Below are positions 38,127 to 48,270 of a stretch of DNA of 64,000 bases, in pieces (the stretch's first letter is position 1; the number at the start of each line of letters is the position of its first letter). The stretch lies in NCBI GenBank assembly GCA_963727645.1, contig CAVSHA010000020.1, forward strand, positions 16,409-80,408, read 5' to 3'. The position numbers and the translations under genes are program-made. Origin of the DNA: an uncultured Acidimicrobiaceae bacterium (GTDB lineage Bacteria; Actinomycetota; Acidimicrobiia; Acidimicrobiales; Bog-793). The notes beneath the pieces are model-generated. The model saw only the letters and a list, made by a program, of their open reading frames with translations, had not been told where the DNA came from and did not search any database.

Positions 38127-39107
38127 GTGCCCGGCGCTGACGGCGAAATCGCCGCGATCGAGACCATCCGGCGCGGCCTGCCGGAGCCACCCGAGGGAGA
38201 GACCTGGATCGGCGACGACGCCGCGGTGGTCGCCGGGCCTGCGGGCACGTGCCTGCTTCTCGCAGCAGACACCGTGGTCGAAGGCGTGCACTTCGACCTG
38301 AACCTTGTCGACGCGGCGGACGTGGGCTGGAAGGCGCTGGCCGTGAACGTGAGCGACATCGCCGCAATGGGAGGAAGGCCCTTGCACGCGCTTGTGACGG
38401 TCGTGGGTGCAACTGCCTCCATGATCGAGGGGCTGGTCCGCGGGCTGGCTGAGGCCGCAGCGGCTTACGACTGTGCCATCGTCGGCGGCGACCTCTCCTC
38501 GGGCCCGTGCCTTGTCGTGTCGGTTGCCATCACTGGCACGACAGGGGATCGGGAAGCGGTCCTCCGTTCCAACGCTCACCCGGGTGACCTGCTGTTTGTC
38601 ACGGGCGCCCTCGGCCGCTCCGCGGCAGGGCTCAGGACCTTGCGCGCGCAGGCAGGCCGTGGGGCGACGGTACCGGCAGATCTCACCGAGGTGGCGCCGC
38701 CCACCGGCGCTGCGGCGTTGTCCCTGGAGCTCGCCGCCGCTCATCGCCGGCCCGCCGCCCGAGTGCCCGAGGGCTTGGCGGCCTCGGCAGGCGGGGCGAC
38801 GGCGATGATCGACATCTCCGACGGGCTCGGGATCGATCTCGACCGCCTTGCAACCGCTTCGGGAGTCGGAGTCGTGCTGGACACGGTCCCGACGGCGGAG
38901 GGTGCGACCGGTGACGAGGCGCTCGCCGGTGGCGAGGACTACGAGCTCGTGTTCGCCGCGAGCGACCCTGGTGCTGTCGCAAGGGCTTTCGAGGCGGCGA
39001 GGCTGCGACCACCCATCCCCATCGGCAGGTGCGTCTCGGACCCGGGTCTCCGCCTCATCGGGGCCGAGCTCCTACCGGCCGCGGGGTGGGAACACAGCGT
39101 GAGATGA
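38127..39107 (+). CDS. thiL: Thiamine-monophosphate kinase
   Basis: ORF 38052..39107. Motifs are [11 protein letters not shown]...[17 protein letters not shown] and [14 protein letters not shown] prefer GTG 38127 because TTG 38052 is only 24 nt from the divergent pckG start. Confidence 0.85.
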   Translation: MPGADGEIAAIETIRRGLPEPPEGETWIGDDAAVVAGPAGTCLLLAADTVVEGVHFDLNLVDAADVGWKALAVNVSDIAAMGGRPLHALVTVVGATASMIEGLVRGLAEAAAAYDCAIVGGDLSSGPCLVVSVAITGTTGDREAVLRSNAHPGDLLFVTGALGRSAAGLRTLRAQAGRGATVPADLTEVAPPTGAAALSLELAAAHRRPAARVPEGLAASAGGATAMIDISDGLGIDLDRLATASGVGVVLDTVPTAEGATGDEALAGGEDYELVFAASDPGAVARAFEAARLRPPIPIGRCVSDPGLRLIGAELLPAAGWEHSVR

Positions 39108-39147
39108 GCGCGAGGCGCATCTGGCGCCGCGGCCAGGTGGACGCGAC

Positions 39148-39366
39148 TCAGGCCGTGCGCTCGGGGAGGATCCGCCGCGGCGGCTTCACGACCCTGCCCG
39201 CACGGATGCACGAGGTGCAGACGTTCAGGTGGGTCGGGGTCCTGTTCACAAGCGCGCGGACGCGCTGGATGTTCGGGTCCCAGCGGCGCTTGGTACGCCG
39301 ATGGGAGTGGGACACGTTCATCCCGAAGCCCGGGTGCTTCCCACACAACTCACATACGGCTGCCAC
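39148..39366 (-). CDS. rpmB: 50S ribosomal protein L28
   Basis: 72 aa: [36 protein letters not shown].... Confidence 0.95.
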   Translation of the reverse strand: MAAVCELCGKHPGFGMNVSHSHRRTKRRWDPNIQRVRALVNRTPTHLNVCTSCIRAGRVVKPPRRILPERTA

Positions 39367-39490
39367 GTTGACGCGTTCCTCGAGAGAGAGTTCCTACAAA
39401 TGGACGAAGTGTGACGTTAGCATCCATTGGAATGGCGCCGTGCGAAACTGATCCGCGACCACCGGCAGTGCCAGGTCGCGTCGTGAACCG

Positions 39491-41302
39491 GTGACCGCTC
39501 ATCGCGCTGAAGCCGATCTCACCGCCGGTCTGACTCCCGAGCACCTCGTGAAGGTGATGCGTGCCTTTTCCGAGGGGCTGGAGCTCCACCGCAGCGTCGT
39601 GAACCGGCTCAACGTCTACCCGGTCCCCGACGGCGACACCGGCACGAACATGGCCCTCACGGTAGAGAGCGTTGTCAAGGCACTGGACGGACTGGACCTC
39701 GAGACCGCCGACGGTGGTGCGATGGGTGCGGCGTGCCGGGCGATCGCCAGCGGGTCGCTCATGGGGGCGCGAGGCAACTCGGGAGTCATCCTCTGCCAGA
39801 TCCTCCGCGGCATCTCGGGCACGTTTGCTCCCTGCCGGGTGGTCGGGGCCCACGAGGCAGCGGTTGCCCTTGCAGAAGGCAGTGCCGCGGCACGAGCGGG
39901 GGTCATGCGTCCCGTCGAGGGCACGATGCTGACCGTCGCGGCCGACGCCGCCGCAGCCGCCCAACAAGCCGACGCGCAGGGCGGCGGCACCCTGCTGGAG
40001 GTGTTCGAGGCTGCGCGGGAAGCCGCCGTCTCATCACTGTGGCGCACCCCCGAGCTATTGCCCGTGCTCGCCCAGGCCGGTGTGGTCGACGCCGGCGGAG
40101 CAGGCCTGCTCTTGTTGTACGACGCCTTCCTGCACGTGATCGACGGGCGGCCCCTCGTCGATCGACTGCCCCTGCCTCCCGAGGTCGCCGACAAGATCGC
40201 AGGCGGCTTTGCAGGTGACCAATCCAGACGGAACGCCGGCGGCCCAGCCGGGGCGGGTCGAGCCGCGGCCGGGCAGGGCTCATCGGATCACTCCGGCCCG
40301 GGGTCCCGGCCCGCGCGCCCGACCGGTGGTGACCCTGCCGGTAGTGCGGGCCCGCGTTACGAGGTGATGTTCTTCCTCGAGGCTCCCGACGAGACGCTCG
40401 CGGCGTTCAAGAGCGTCTGGGCAGGCATCGGCGACTCGATCGTGGTCGTGGGTGGTGACGGCTTGTGGAACTGCCACATCCACTCCGACGACATAGGGGC
40501 GGCAGTCGAAGCGGCAATGGACGTGGGCCGTCCCCGCGACATCCGTGTAACCGACCTGCTCGACCAGGTCGAGGAGGAGTCGTGGGTACGACGCGCGGTC
40601 GAGTTCGACGCAGACTCGACGCCGAGTGCCGAGGAGGAGCCGGTGCCGGTCACCTCGGTCGTCGCCGTGGCGACGGGCGACGGGATCCGCCGCATCTTCT
40701 ATTCGCTCGGCGTCCACCACATCGTGGCCGGGGGGCAGTCGATGAACCCTTCCACTGCCCAGATCCTCGAGGTCGTCGAGTCCGTGCCCGGCGCCGAGGT
40801 GGTGATCCTCCCCAACAACAAGAACATCGTGCCTGTGGCCGAACAGGCCTGCGAGCTCTCGGGCAAGCCGGCGTTCGTCGTCAGTACCGCCGGCATCCAG
40901 GAGGGCTTTGCCGCGCTCTTGGACTACGACCCTGAGGCCACCGGCGAGGAGAACGCAAGCGCAATGCGGGCGGCTGCCGGCCGGGTACGCGCCGGGGAGG
41001 TGACCCAGGCCGTCCGTGCGAGCGACTCCGCTGCGGGCCGTATCGCGGCGGGGGACTGGATCGGGCTCTCGCGCAGCGGGATCGAGTCGGTCGCCGGGAC
41101 GCTCCCGGAGGCCACGTGCGACCTGCTTGCCAAGTTGCTCGGTGACGGCGACGAGATCGTGACCCTGATCGAGGGCGCAGGTGCGACCGCGGCCGACACC
41201 CGACGGGTCACCGAGTGGCTGCACGAGAATTGGCCCGGCATCTCGCTCGAACTGCACCGCGGGGGCCAGCCGCTCTACCCGTACTTCGTCTCGGTCGAGT
41301 GA
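39491..41302 (+). CDS. DAK2 domain fusion protein (YloV family)
   Basis: 603 aa with a GTG start. The DAK2 N-terminal domain shows LNVYPVPDGDTGTNM, and the C-terminal half is YloV/DegV-like. A Gly/Pro/Ala-rich linker of about 60 aa joins them. Confidence 0.9.
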   Translation: MTAHRAEADLTAGLTPEHLVKVMRAFSEGLELHRSVVNRLNVYPVPDGDTGTNMALTVESVVKALDGLDLETADGGAMGAACRAIASGSLMGARGNSGVILCQILRGISGTFAPCRVVGAHEAAVALAEGSAAARAGVMRPVEGTMLTVAADAAAAAQQADAQGGGTLLEVFEAAREAAVSSLWRTPELLPVLAQAGVVDAGGAGLLLLYDAFLHVIDGRPLVDRLPLPPEVADKIAGGFAGDQSRRNAGGPAGAGRAAAGQGSSDHSGPGSRPARPTGGDPAGSAGPRYEVMFFLEAPDETLAAFKSVWAGIGDSIVVVGGDGLWNCHIHSDDIGAAVEAAMDVGRPRDIRVTDLLDQVEEESWVRRAVEFDADSTPSAEEEPVPVTSVVAVATGDGIRRIFYSLGVHHIVAGGQSMNPSTAQILEVVESVPGAEVVILPNNKNIVPVAEQACELSGKPAFVVSTAGIQEGFAALLDYDPEATGEENASAMRAAAGRVRAGEVTQAVRASDSAAGRIAAGDWIGLSRSGIESVAGTLPEATCDLLAKLLGDGDEIVTLIEGAGATAADTRRVTEWLHENWPGISLELHRGGQPLYPYFVSVE

Positions 41303-43671
41303 GCGAGGCGGCGGGAGGCCGCACGCTGCGGTTTCTCCAGGACAAGAGCGTGACCGAGCTGCGCAAGCTGAAGGCGCGAAAGGCCGCCGGCCTTCAGTCG
41401 ATGGGCATCGAGACCGTGCTCGACCTGCTGATGCACTACCCACGGCGCTACATCGACCGCCGGCACCAGTCCGAGATCGGGGCCCTCACCGAGGACGAGG
41501 AGGCGATGGTCACCGCGACCGTGCGACGCGTCGCCACTCGCCGTACCAAAGGCGGCAAGTCGATGGTGCAGATCGTCGTCGCGGACGCGACGGGGAGCCT
41601 CACGATCGTGTTCTTCAACCAGCCCTGGCGCGCGCGTCTGGCGGTGGGCTCGGAGGTCGTCGTCTTCGGGCGCACCGAGATCTACCGGGGAGGCCGTCAG
41701 ATGACCAATCCGGTCGTGGACCTCGTCGGCGACCAGACGGGCCGGATCGTGCCCGTGTACCCGCAGTCGGGCAAGGCCAAGATCGGCTCGCCCGAGATCG
41801 CGACATATGTCGCCGAGGCCTTGGAGCGCACCAAGCGACTGGCGGAAGTCCTGCCGTCGCAGTTCATCGACGAACTGGGCCTGGCCGGGCGCACGGAGGC
41901 GTTCCGGTGGATACACGCCCCCGAGAGCTTCGAGGAGAAAGAGACTGCTCGCCGTCGCCTCGCCTTCGACGAGCTGCTGAGGCTCCAGCTCATCCTCGTC
42001 ATGAAGAAACGTGCCGTCGCGACCCAAGCCCCCGGGATCCCTCACGTCCTAACCCCTCCTTCGGGCGAGGCGAGCCTCGTCGCGCAGTTCCTCGGGCGCC
42101 TGCCGTTCCGGCTGACAGCCGCCCAGGAGCGGGCGATCCGGGAGGTGGCCGCTGACCTTGCCGACTCACACCCGATGCACCGCCTCTTGCAGGGCGACGT
42201 CGGCGCCGGCAAGACGGTTGTGGCGCTGGCGACCCTTCTCTACGGCGTGCAGGGCGGCCATCAGGGTGCCCTGATGGTCCCCACAGAGGTGCTCGCCGAG
42301 CAGCATTACCTTGCCGCGCGGGGCTTCCTCGCCGGGCTCGAAGTCACAGACAGCGCCCGCATAGCAGGAGCGCGCCCGCTCGAAGTCGCACTGCTCACGA
42401 ACCGGACCACGGGCGTCGAGCGGGCGAGAATCCAAGCCGAGCTGATGGCCGGGAGCCTCGATCTTGTCGTGGGGACGCACGCCTTGTTGACCGACAACAT
42501 CCGTTTCCGTTCCCTCGGGGTCGTGGTGATCGACGAGCAGCACCGCTTTGGTGTCGAGCAGCGGGCGGCACTGAGGGAGAAGGGCCCCGCGACCGTCGCC
42601 GGTGGCGGCGGCGAGGACGGTAAAGGCCCGGGTGGGGCCTCAGAGGCCGAGCAGAGCCCCCGGCACCCCGACGTGCTCGTGATGACTGCCACCCCTATTC
42701 CTCGCACCGCGGCGATGACGGTTTACGGTGATCTCGATCAGACCGTTCTCGACGAGCTGCCGCTTGGGCGGACGCCGGTGACAACCGTCTGGCTGAACCG
42801 GCCCGGGGAGTACGCGGTTGCGTGGCAGCGGGTGCGCACGCAGGTCGCGGCCGGTCACCAGGCCTATGTCATCTGCCCGCTGGTGGGTGGGGGACAGCCC
42901 GAGGACGAGGAGCCGGAGCCCCTGTCCGGCGACGACGGGCCCGGGGACGACGGGCCCGAGGACGACTGGTCCGGGCACGAGGAGGGCAATGGGCGTGTCC
43001 TGGTCCCGACGCTGCCCATCGTCGGCCTCGGCCTCGACCTGCCGAGCGACGGGACTGCGAAACAACCGCCCAAGTCGGTGGTGGAGGAGTACGTGCGGCT
43101 TTCCTCCGGCGAGCTCGCCGGGTTCGCCGTCGGCCTGCTCCACGGGCAGCTTGCCTCGAAGGAGAAGGAAGCCACGATGGCGGCGTTCCGGCGCGGCGAG
43201 CTCCAGGTGCTCGTCGCCACGACGGTCATAGAGGTCGGCGTCGACGTGGCGAACGCGACCGTGATGGTGATCGAGGACGCGGACCGCTTCGGCATCGCCC
43301 AGCTTCATCAGCTCCGCGGCCGAGTCGGCCGCGGGACGGACAAGTCCTGGTGCTACCTGCTCGCCGAGGTCGTGACCCCCGGTGCCACAAGGCGGCTGCG
43401 CGCGCTCGAGGCGACCAGCGACGGCTTCGAGCTCGCAGAGGTCGACCTTGAGCTCCGGGGCGAGGGCACCGTCTACGGGACCCGGCAGAAGGGCCGGAGC
43501 GATCTCCGCCTGGCGTCGCTGCGCCGGGACAAGGAGCTCGTCCGTGCGGCCCGGCGGGTGGCCGAGGCGATCGTCGACGAGGACCCTGCCCTCGAGGCGC
43601 ACCCGCTGCTTGCCGAAGAGGTCCGCCTGTTCGTGACCGAGGAGTCGGAGGAGTTCGTCCTGAAGGGCTGA
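41299..43671 (+). CDS. recG: ATP-dependent DNA helicase RecG
   Basis: It lies within ORF 41215..43671. GTG 41299 overlaps the yloV stop. It has the wedge/OB region, Walker A GDVGAGKT, DEQHRFG, MTATPIPRT and QLHQLRGRVGRG. It also carries low-complexity insertions. Confidence 0.93.
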   Translation: MSEAAGGRTLRFLQDKSVTELRKLKARKAAGLQSMGIETVLDLLMHYPRRYIDRRHQSEIGALTEDEEAMVTATVRRVATRRTKGGKSMVQIVVADATGSLTIVFFNQPWRARLAVGSEVVVFGRTEIYRGGRQMTNPVVDLVGDQTGRIVPVYPQSGKAKIGSPEIATYVAEALERTKRLAEVLPSQFIDELGLAGRTEAFRWIHAPESFEEKETARRRLAFDELLRLQLILVMKKRAVATQAPGIPHVLTPPSGEASLVAQFLGRLPFRLTAAQERAIREVAADLADSHPMHRLLQGDVGAGKTVVALATLLYGVQGGHQGALMVPTEVLAEQHYLAARGFLAGLEVTDSARIAGARPLEVALLTNRTTGVERARIQAELMAGSLDLVVGTHALLTDNIRFRSLGVVVIDEQHRFGVEQRAALREKGPATVAGGGGEDGKGPGGASEAEQSPRHPDVLVMTATPIPRTAAMTVYGDLDQTVLDELPLGRTPVTTVWLNRPGEYAVAWQRVRTQVAAGHQAYVICPLVGGGQPEDEEPEPLSGDDGPGDDGPEDDWSGHEEGNGRVLVPTLPIVGLGLDLPSDGTAKQPPKSVVEEYVRLSSGELAGFAVGLLHGQLASKEKEATMAAFRRGELQVLVATTVIEVGVDVANATVMVIEDADRFGIAQLHQLRGRVGRGTDKSWCYLLAEVVTPGATRRLRALEATSDGFELAEVDLELRGEGTVYGTRQKGRSDLRLASLRRDKELVRAARRVAEAIVDEDPALEAHPLLAEEVRLFVTEESEEFVLKG
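42931..42975. repeat. Three tandem 15-nt units (GACGACGGGCCCGGG / GACGACGGGCCCGAG / GACGACTGGTCCGGG)
   Basis: Read directly. The units encode DDGPG-DDGPE-DDWSG inside the acidic RecG insertion. Confidence 0.8.
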
Positions 43672-43738
43672 GCCGGGCAGGCGACACGCGTCGTGACCCT
43701 CGAGCACTCGGCGGTCTCCGCGGTTCTACCGTAGGGCC

Positions 43739-44311
43739 ATGCGTGTGATCGCTGGTACGGCCAGGCAGCGCCGGCTTCGTGCTCCCGACGTGCCGGGCCT
43801 GAGGCCGACGAGCGATCGCGTGCGTGAGGCGATCTTCGACGTCCTGGCCAGCCTCGGGGCGGTCGAGGGCGCTTCGGTTCTCGACGCTTACGCGGGCTCG
43901 GGAGCCCTCGGCATCGAGGCGCTGTCCCGGGGAGCGGGCTCGGTCTGTCTCGTCGAAGCCGATCGCCGGGCCGTCGCCGCCATTCGCGCCAATCTCGACT
44001 CGACCGGGTTCGGCACTTCGCCCGCCGTCCGAGTCGTACGGGCGGAGGTCTTCGAGTTCCTCTCCCGGGAAGCCTCCACGCACTATGACCTCGCTCTGGT
44101 CGACCCTCCGTACTCCTTCGACGCCTGGCCGTCGCTGCTCCAATTGTTGCAGGCGGATCTCGCCGTCCTGGAGACGTCCGCACCTGTCGTGCCCGGAGGT
44201 AGGTTCCTGGTCCGCCGCGAGTACCGCTACGGCGGTACGCTCGTGACGCTGGTCGAAGCCCGAGGGCTTGGCCCTCATGACCCCAGGACCACCGAGAAGG
44301 GCACCGTGTGA
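43739..44311 (+). CDS. rsmD: 16S rRNA (guanine966-N2)-methyltransferase RsmD
   Basis: 190 aa with MRVIAGTARQRRL, RPTSDRVREAIF, LDAYAGSGALGIEALSRGA and VDPPY. Confidence 0.9.
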   Translation: MRVIAGTARQRRLRAPDVPGLRPTSDRVREAIFDVLASLGAVEGASVLDAYAGSGALGIEALSRGAGSVCLVEADRRAVAAIRANLDSTGFGTSPAVRVVRAEVFEFLSREASTHYDLALVDPPYSFDAWPSLLQLLQADLAVLETSAPVVPGGRFLVRREYRYGGTLVTLVEARGLGPHDPRTTEKGTV

Positions 44312-44784
44312 CCGTCGCTTTGTTCCCCGGCTCGTTCGACCCGTTCCACAACGGGCACCTCGAGGTCGCCGAGCGCGCCTCGAGGCTGTTCGACGAGCTC
44401 GTGGTGGCCGTGGTCACCAACCCGCAAAAGGGCGAGCCCCTTTTCGACCTCTCAGAGCGCGAGGCGATGATCGCCGAGTCCCTCGTGCACTTGGAATCGG
44501 TCCGGATCGTGGCGATGTCGGTCCTGGCCGTCGAGGTCGCCCTCGAGGTCGGGGCCAACGTCATAGTCAAGGGCCTGCGAGCGGTGTCCGACTTTGAGAA
44601 CGAGCTGCAGATGGCGCAGATGAACCAGCACCTCTCGGGCATCGAGACGCTGTTCCTGCCGACGAGCTCGTCCCACTCGTTCGTCGCCTCGCGCCTGATC
44701 CGTGAAGTTGTCCGCTTGGGAGGCGACGTGAGCGAGTTCGTACCGCCCCCCGTTGCCCGCCGGTTGAAGGAGCTGCGATCGTGA
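44308..44784 (+). CDS. coaD: Pantetheine-phosphate adenylyltransferase
   Basis: 158 aa with FPGSFDPFHNGHLEV, KGLRAVSDFENE and ISSSLIRE-like SRLIREV. It has 4-nt overlaps with both neighbours. Confidence 0.95.
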   Translation: MTVALFPGSFDPFHNGHLEVAERASRLFDELVVAVVTNPQKGEPLFDLSEREAMIAESLVHLESVRIVAMSVLAVEVALEVGANVIVKGLRAVSDFENELQMAQMNQHLSGIETLFLPTSSSHSFVASRLIREVVRLGGDVSEFVPPPVARRLKELRS

Positions 44785-45386
44785 CCGACATCCACGACAC
44801 CGAAGGCACCGAGCCCGGAGCCGGCATCCAACCGGTTGCCGAACCGGGTGGAACTGAGGACCTGATCGAGGAGCTCATCGAGATCGTCACCACCGCCAAG
44901 TCGATGCCGCTCTCGTCGTCCGCGATCGTCACGCGGGACGAGGTGCTCGACCTGCTCGAGGCGATCCGCGACGAGCTGCCCGAGGAGCTCCGCCGGGCCC
45001 GCCGGCTGCTCAAGGACCACGAGGAGCTGCTGGTCGCTGCCAAGCGGGAGGCAGCCGACATCGTCAGCGACGGCAGGATCCAGGCCGAGCGAATGGTCCA
45101 GCGGACAGAGATCGTTCGCCAGGCCGAGCACCGAGCCGTACGGATCGTCGAGGATGCCGAGGCCGAAGCGCGCCAGATGCGCCACGAGGCCGAGGACTAC
45201 GTGGACCAGAAGCTCGCCGGCTTCGAGATCGTGCTCGACCGGACGCTGAAGACGGTGCGGGCGGGCCGCGAACGGCTTGCCTCGGTGCCGCCACCCCAGC
45301 CCCTGTCCGGCGACGAGGCGAAGGGCGAGCTCGGCGATGACACCTGGCTCTCGGGCGAGGGGTTCTTCGACCAGGACCTGGAGTGA
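44781..45386 (+). CDS. Coiled-coil protein resembling mycobacterial Rv2927c/SepIVA-type DivIVA-related proteins
   Basis: 201 aa. It shows ...IVTTAKSMPLSSSAIVTRDEVLDLLEAIRDELPEEL..., a long charged helix, then DYVDQKLAGFEIVLDRTLKTVRAGRERL. Its position upstream of the DUF177 gene matches my recollection of Rv2927c-Rv2926c synteny. Confidence 0.6.
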   Translation: MTDIHDTEGTEPGAGIQPVAEPGGTEDLIEELIEIVTTAKSMPLSSSAIVTRDEVLDLLEAIRDELPEELRRARRLLKDHEELLVAAKREAADIVSDGRIQAERMVQRTEIVRQAEHRAVRIVEDAEAEARQMRHEAEDYVDQKLAGFEIVLDRTLKTVRAGRERLASVPPPQPLSGDEAKGELGDDTWLSGEGFFDQDLE

Positions 45387-45922
45387 CCAGGACCGGCCGA
45401 GGCGGCCCTTTTGTCGTCGCCGTGGCCGTGCTGCGCAAGCATCCAGGCACGTTGCGCCGGCTGAAAGTCAGGGGCCCGATCATCGACCTCGACGTGCGCA
45501 ACTCCCGGGTGGAGCCGGGTTCCGCGGTCGACTTGGACGTGGTGCTCGAGTCGGTGCTCGGTGGCGTGGTCGTCACGGGCACCGTGTCGGCTTGTTGGCA
45601 GGGCGAGTGCAGCCGGTGTCTCGAGGCTGCGACCGGCCGCCTCGTCGCCCCGGTTCGTGAGGTCTACACCGACCAGGCAGACCCCGAGATCGAGTACTCG
45701 ATGACCGATGTCTGGCTCGACCTTGAGCCCCTTGCTCACGATGCCTGTATTCTCGAGTTGCCGCTCGCGCCGCTCTGTGGGCCCGATTGCCTCGGGCTCT
45801 GCCCCGAGTGCGGCGCGAACCTCAACCACGAGACCTGCACCTGCACGGAGAAGACCGACCCACGGTGGGCCGGCCTTGCCGGGCTTGGTGCGCTCGAAGC
45901 GATACCCGAGTGGAGAAAGTGA
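45383..45922 (+). CDS. YceD (DUF177) family protein
   Basis: 179 aa with Cys motifs CSRCLEA and [23 protein letters not shown]. It sits immediately upstream of rpmF, as is usual for this family. Confidence 0.85.
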   Translation: MTRTGRGGPFVVAVAVLRKHPGTLRRLKVRGPIIDLDVRNSRVEPGSAVDLDVVLESVLGGVVVTGTVSACWQGECSRCLEAATGRLVAPVREVYTDQADPEIEYSMTDVWLDLEPLAHDACILELPLAPLCGPDCLGLCPECGANLNHETCTCTEKTDPRWAGLAGLGALEAIPEWRK

Positions 45923-45924
45923 CA

Positions 45925-46104
45925 ATGGCAGTCCCCAAGAAGAAGACCTCGAAGTCGAAGAGCCGAAGCCGGCGAGCGGCGGCCTGGACGCTGGAGGCGC
46001 CTTCGCGCAGCCTCTGTCCCCAGTGCAACCGGGCGAAGCTGCCGCACGTCGTCTGCCCGCATTGCGGGTGGTACAAGGGTCGCCAGGCGGTCGAGGTCAG
46101 CTGA
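45925..46104 (+). CDS. rpmF: 50S ribosomal protein L32
   Basis: ATG 45925 within ORF 45787..46104. The product is [19 protein letters not shown]...[24 protein letters not shown]. Confidence 0.95.
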   Translation: MAVPKKKTSKSKSRSRRAAAWTLEAPSRSLCPQCNRAKLPHVVCPHCGWYKGRQAVEVS

Positions 46105-46109
46105 CCGTC

Positions 46110-47132
46110 GTGGCGCCGACCACCAAAGCTGGTGCCGGGTCGCCGTCTGTTGCTTCGCTTCCCGTCGCCGTTGACGCCATGGGTGGGGACCGTGCCCCGG
46201 CCGAGATCGTCGCCGGAGCCAGGCGCGCCGCCGAGGAGCTGGGGATCCCCGTGGTCCTGGTCGGGCCGACCGACGGCTCGCTCGGCGACACCGGTGGTCT
46301 GGAAGTGCTGCCCGCCTTCGAGGTCATAGCGATGAACGACGATCCCGCCCAGAGCGTGCGGACCAAGAAGGACTCGACTCTCGTACGAGCTGCGGAGGCC
46401 GTGCGTGACGGCCGGGCGTCCGCGATGGTGAGCGCGGGCAACACCGGAGCCACCATGGCCAGTGCCCTGTTGCGCATGGGCCGTCTGCCCGGTGTCGCCC
46501 GCCCGGCGATCGCCGCGCTCATCCCGGCGATGAGCGGAAAGCCGGCGGCTCTCGTCGATGCCGGCGCCAATGCCGACTGCCATCCCGAGTGGCTGGTCCA
46601 GTTCGCGCAGATGGGGTCCGCCTTCATGACACGGCGGTTCGGCATCGCCGTCCCGAAGGTCGCGTTGTTGTCCATCGGGGAGGAGCCCACGAAAGGCAAC
46701 CAGCTCGCCAAGGAGGCGCACGCGCTGTTGGCGGCCGGCGTGGGAGTCGACTTTGTGGGAAACGTGGAGGGCCGGGACCTCCTGGACGGCAATGTCGATG
46801 TGATCGTGACCGACGGTTTCACCGGCAACGTGGCGCTGAAATCGCTCGAGGGAGCCCTGCGGGCCCTGTTCGACGTTCTCGGCCGTGTCATCCGTGCGTC
46901 CCCCGAGACACGTGCCGCGGGAAACGTGCTCGGTCCCGACCTCCTTGTCTACGCGCAACGGCTCGACCCGGAGGAGACCGGCGGAGCGATGTTGCTCGGC
47001 GTGGACGGTGTGTGTGTGATCAGCCACGGGAGCTCGTCGTCGAGGGCAATCCTGAACGCGGTGCGCGTCGCCCACGAAGCGGCAACCGGCGACCTGGTGG
47101 GATCGTTGCGCCTGGCGGTCGCGACGACCTGA
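46110..47132 (+). CDS. plsX: Phosphate acyltransferase PlsX
   Basis: It lies within ORF 45708..47132. GTG 46110 comes just after the rpmF stop. Motifs are VAVDAMGGDRAP, GNTGATMA and VVTDGFTGNVALKSLEG. Confidence 0.92.
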   Translation: MAPTTKAGAGSPSVASLPVAVDAMGGDRAPAEIVAGARRAAEELGIPVVLVGPTDGSLGDTGGLEVLPAFEVIAMNDDPAQSVRTKKDSTLVRAAEAVRDGRASAMVSAGNTGATMASALLRMGRLPGVARPAIAALIPAMSGKPAALVDAGANADCHPEWLVQFAQMGSAFMTRRFGIAVPKVALLSIGEEPTKGNQLAKEAHALLAAGVGVDFVGNVEGRDLLDGNVDVIVTDGFTGNVALKSLEGALRALFDVLGRVIRASPETRAAGNVLGPDLLVYAQRLDPEETGGAMLLGVDGVCVISHGSSSSRAILNAVRVAHEAATGDLVGSLRLAVATT

Positions 47133-47281
47133 GCGCCCGCCGCAGCGGGAGTGCCGCGTCTGCCGGAGCGGTGGCGTCCCGAGCCGCGGTGGCAGACGAC
47201 GAGCGAGCTTGTTCGCCACGCTTTAGCATTGTGCGAGAGCCAGACGAAGGAGCCCAGGTGGCCGAGAGGACCGGTGCGATC

Positions 47282-47545
47282 ATGAGCCGCGGAGAGGTGC
47301 TCGACCTTGTCCGATCCCAGCTCGCGGAGATCCTCGAGATCGACATGTCGGAGATCGGTGAGTCCTCGTCGTTCGCCGACGACCTCAACGCCGACTCGCT
47401 CGCGCTGATCGAGCTGGTCGAGGCGCTCGAAGAGGAGCTCAGCGACCGGTTGCCGGGTTTCCATATCGACGACGAGGATCTCGAGGACCTTCGTACCGTG
47501 CGTGACGCCGTGGATTACGTGAGCGCGAAGGTCGAAGCGGCCTGA
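47282..47545 (+). CDS. acpP: Acyl carrier protein
   Basis: ATG 47282 within ORF 46589..47545. The 87-aa acidic product carries the phosphopantetheine site DLNADSLALIELVEALEEEL. Confidence 0.85.
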   Translation: MSRGEVLDLVRSQLAEILEIDMSEIGESSSFADDLNADSLALIELVEALEEELSDRLPGFHIDDEDLEDLRTVRDAVDYVSAKVEAA

Positions 47546-47625
47546 GCAATCCCACAGACGCTCCCCAGCCGAAGAGCAGGAGGCTGAGCTGGGCGCTTCG
47601 CGAGTATCCCGTCGACGCTGACCTG

Positions 47626-48270
47626 ATGCGTCGGGCGTTGTCCCACCGTTCCTACTGCTCCGAGTGGGGCGGGCGGCCTTCCAACGAACGCCTCGAGCTG
47701 CTCGGTGATGCAGTCCTGGGCCTTGTCGTCACTGACTACCTTTACCGGGCCTTCCCGGAGCTGCCCGAAGGAGATCTCACCCGACTGCGCGCCTCGGTCG
47801 TGAGCTCCGAGGCGCTGGCGCCGGTCGCCGCCGAGATCGGTGTGGGCGATGCGGTCCTGCTCGGCAAGGGAGAGGAGGCCACGGGCGGCCGCACCAAGGA
47901 GTCGATTCTTGCTGACTGCCTCGAGGCGATCATCGCTGTCGTCTACCTCTCGGTCGGGCTCACAGCTGCGACCAGCTTCGTCGTCGGGCTCCTCGAAGAC
48001 CTGATCGCGGGTGTCGCAGCCGAGGGCCGGCTCGGAGACCCGAAGAACCGGTTGCAGGAGCTGACGGCGCAGCTCAACCTCGACTTCCCGTCGTACCAGG
48101 TGACCGACAAGGGCCCGGACCACGCCAAGGTGTTCTCCGCGGAGGTGACTGTGGGCGGAGAGATCCTGGGCCGTGGCACCGGTGCCTCCAAGAAGATCGC
48201 CGAGCGCGTCGCGGCAGCTGCCGCGCTCGAGAGCATCGAGGCCCGACAGGGCGACTGTCCTGCCACATAG
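47626..48270 (+). CDS. rnc: Ribonuclease III
   Basis: It has the signature ERLELLGDAVLG and a dsRBD C-terminus. Family-like sequence (LSWALREYPVDADL) continues in frame upstream of ATG 47626. The only upstream start-like codons are CTGs (47542, 47584, 47623), so the true start is uncertain. Confidence 0.88.
   Translation: MRRALSHRSYCSEWGGRPSNERLELLGDAVLGLVVTDYLYRAFPELPEGDLTRLRASVVSSEALAPVAAEIGVGDAVLLGKGEEATGGRTKESILADCLEAIIAVVYLSVGLTAATSFVVGLLEDLIAGVAAEGRLGDPKNRLQELTAQLNLDFPSYQVTDKGPDHAKVFSAEVTVGGEILGRGTGASKKIAERVAAAAALESIEARQGDCPAT

Noticed and set aside
40190-40340. The Gly/Pro/Ala-rich segment in the YloV/DAK2 protein, as a possible frameshift or fusion artefact.
   Set aside because: The reading frame is continuous and both flanking domains are in the same frame. 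It looks like an ordinary disordered interdomain linker.
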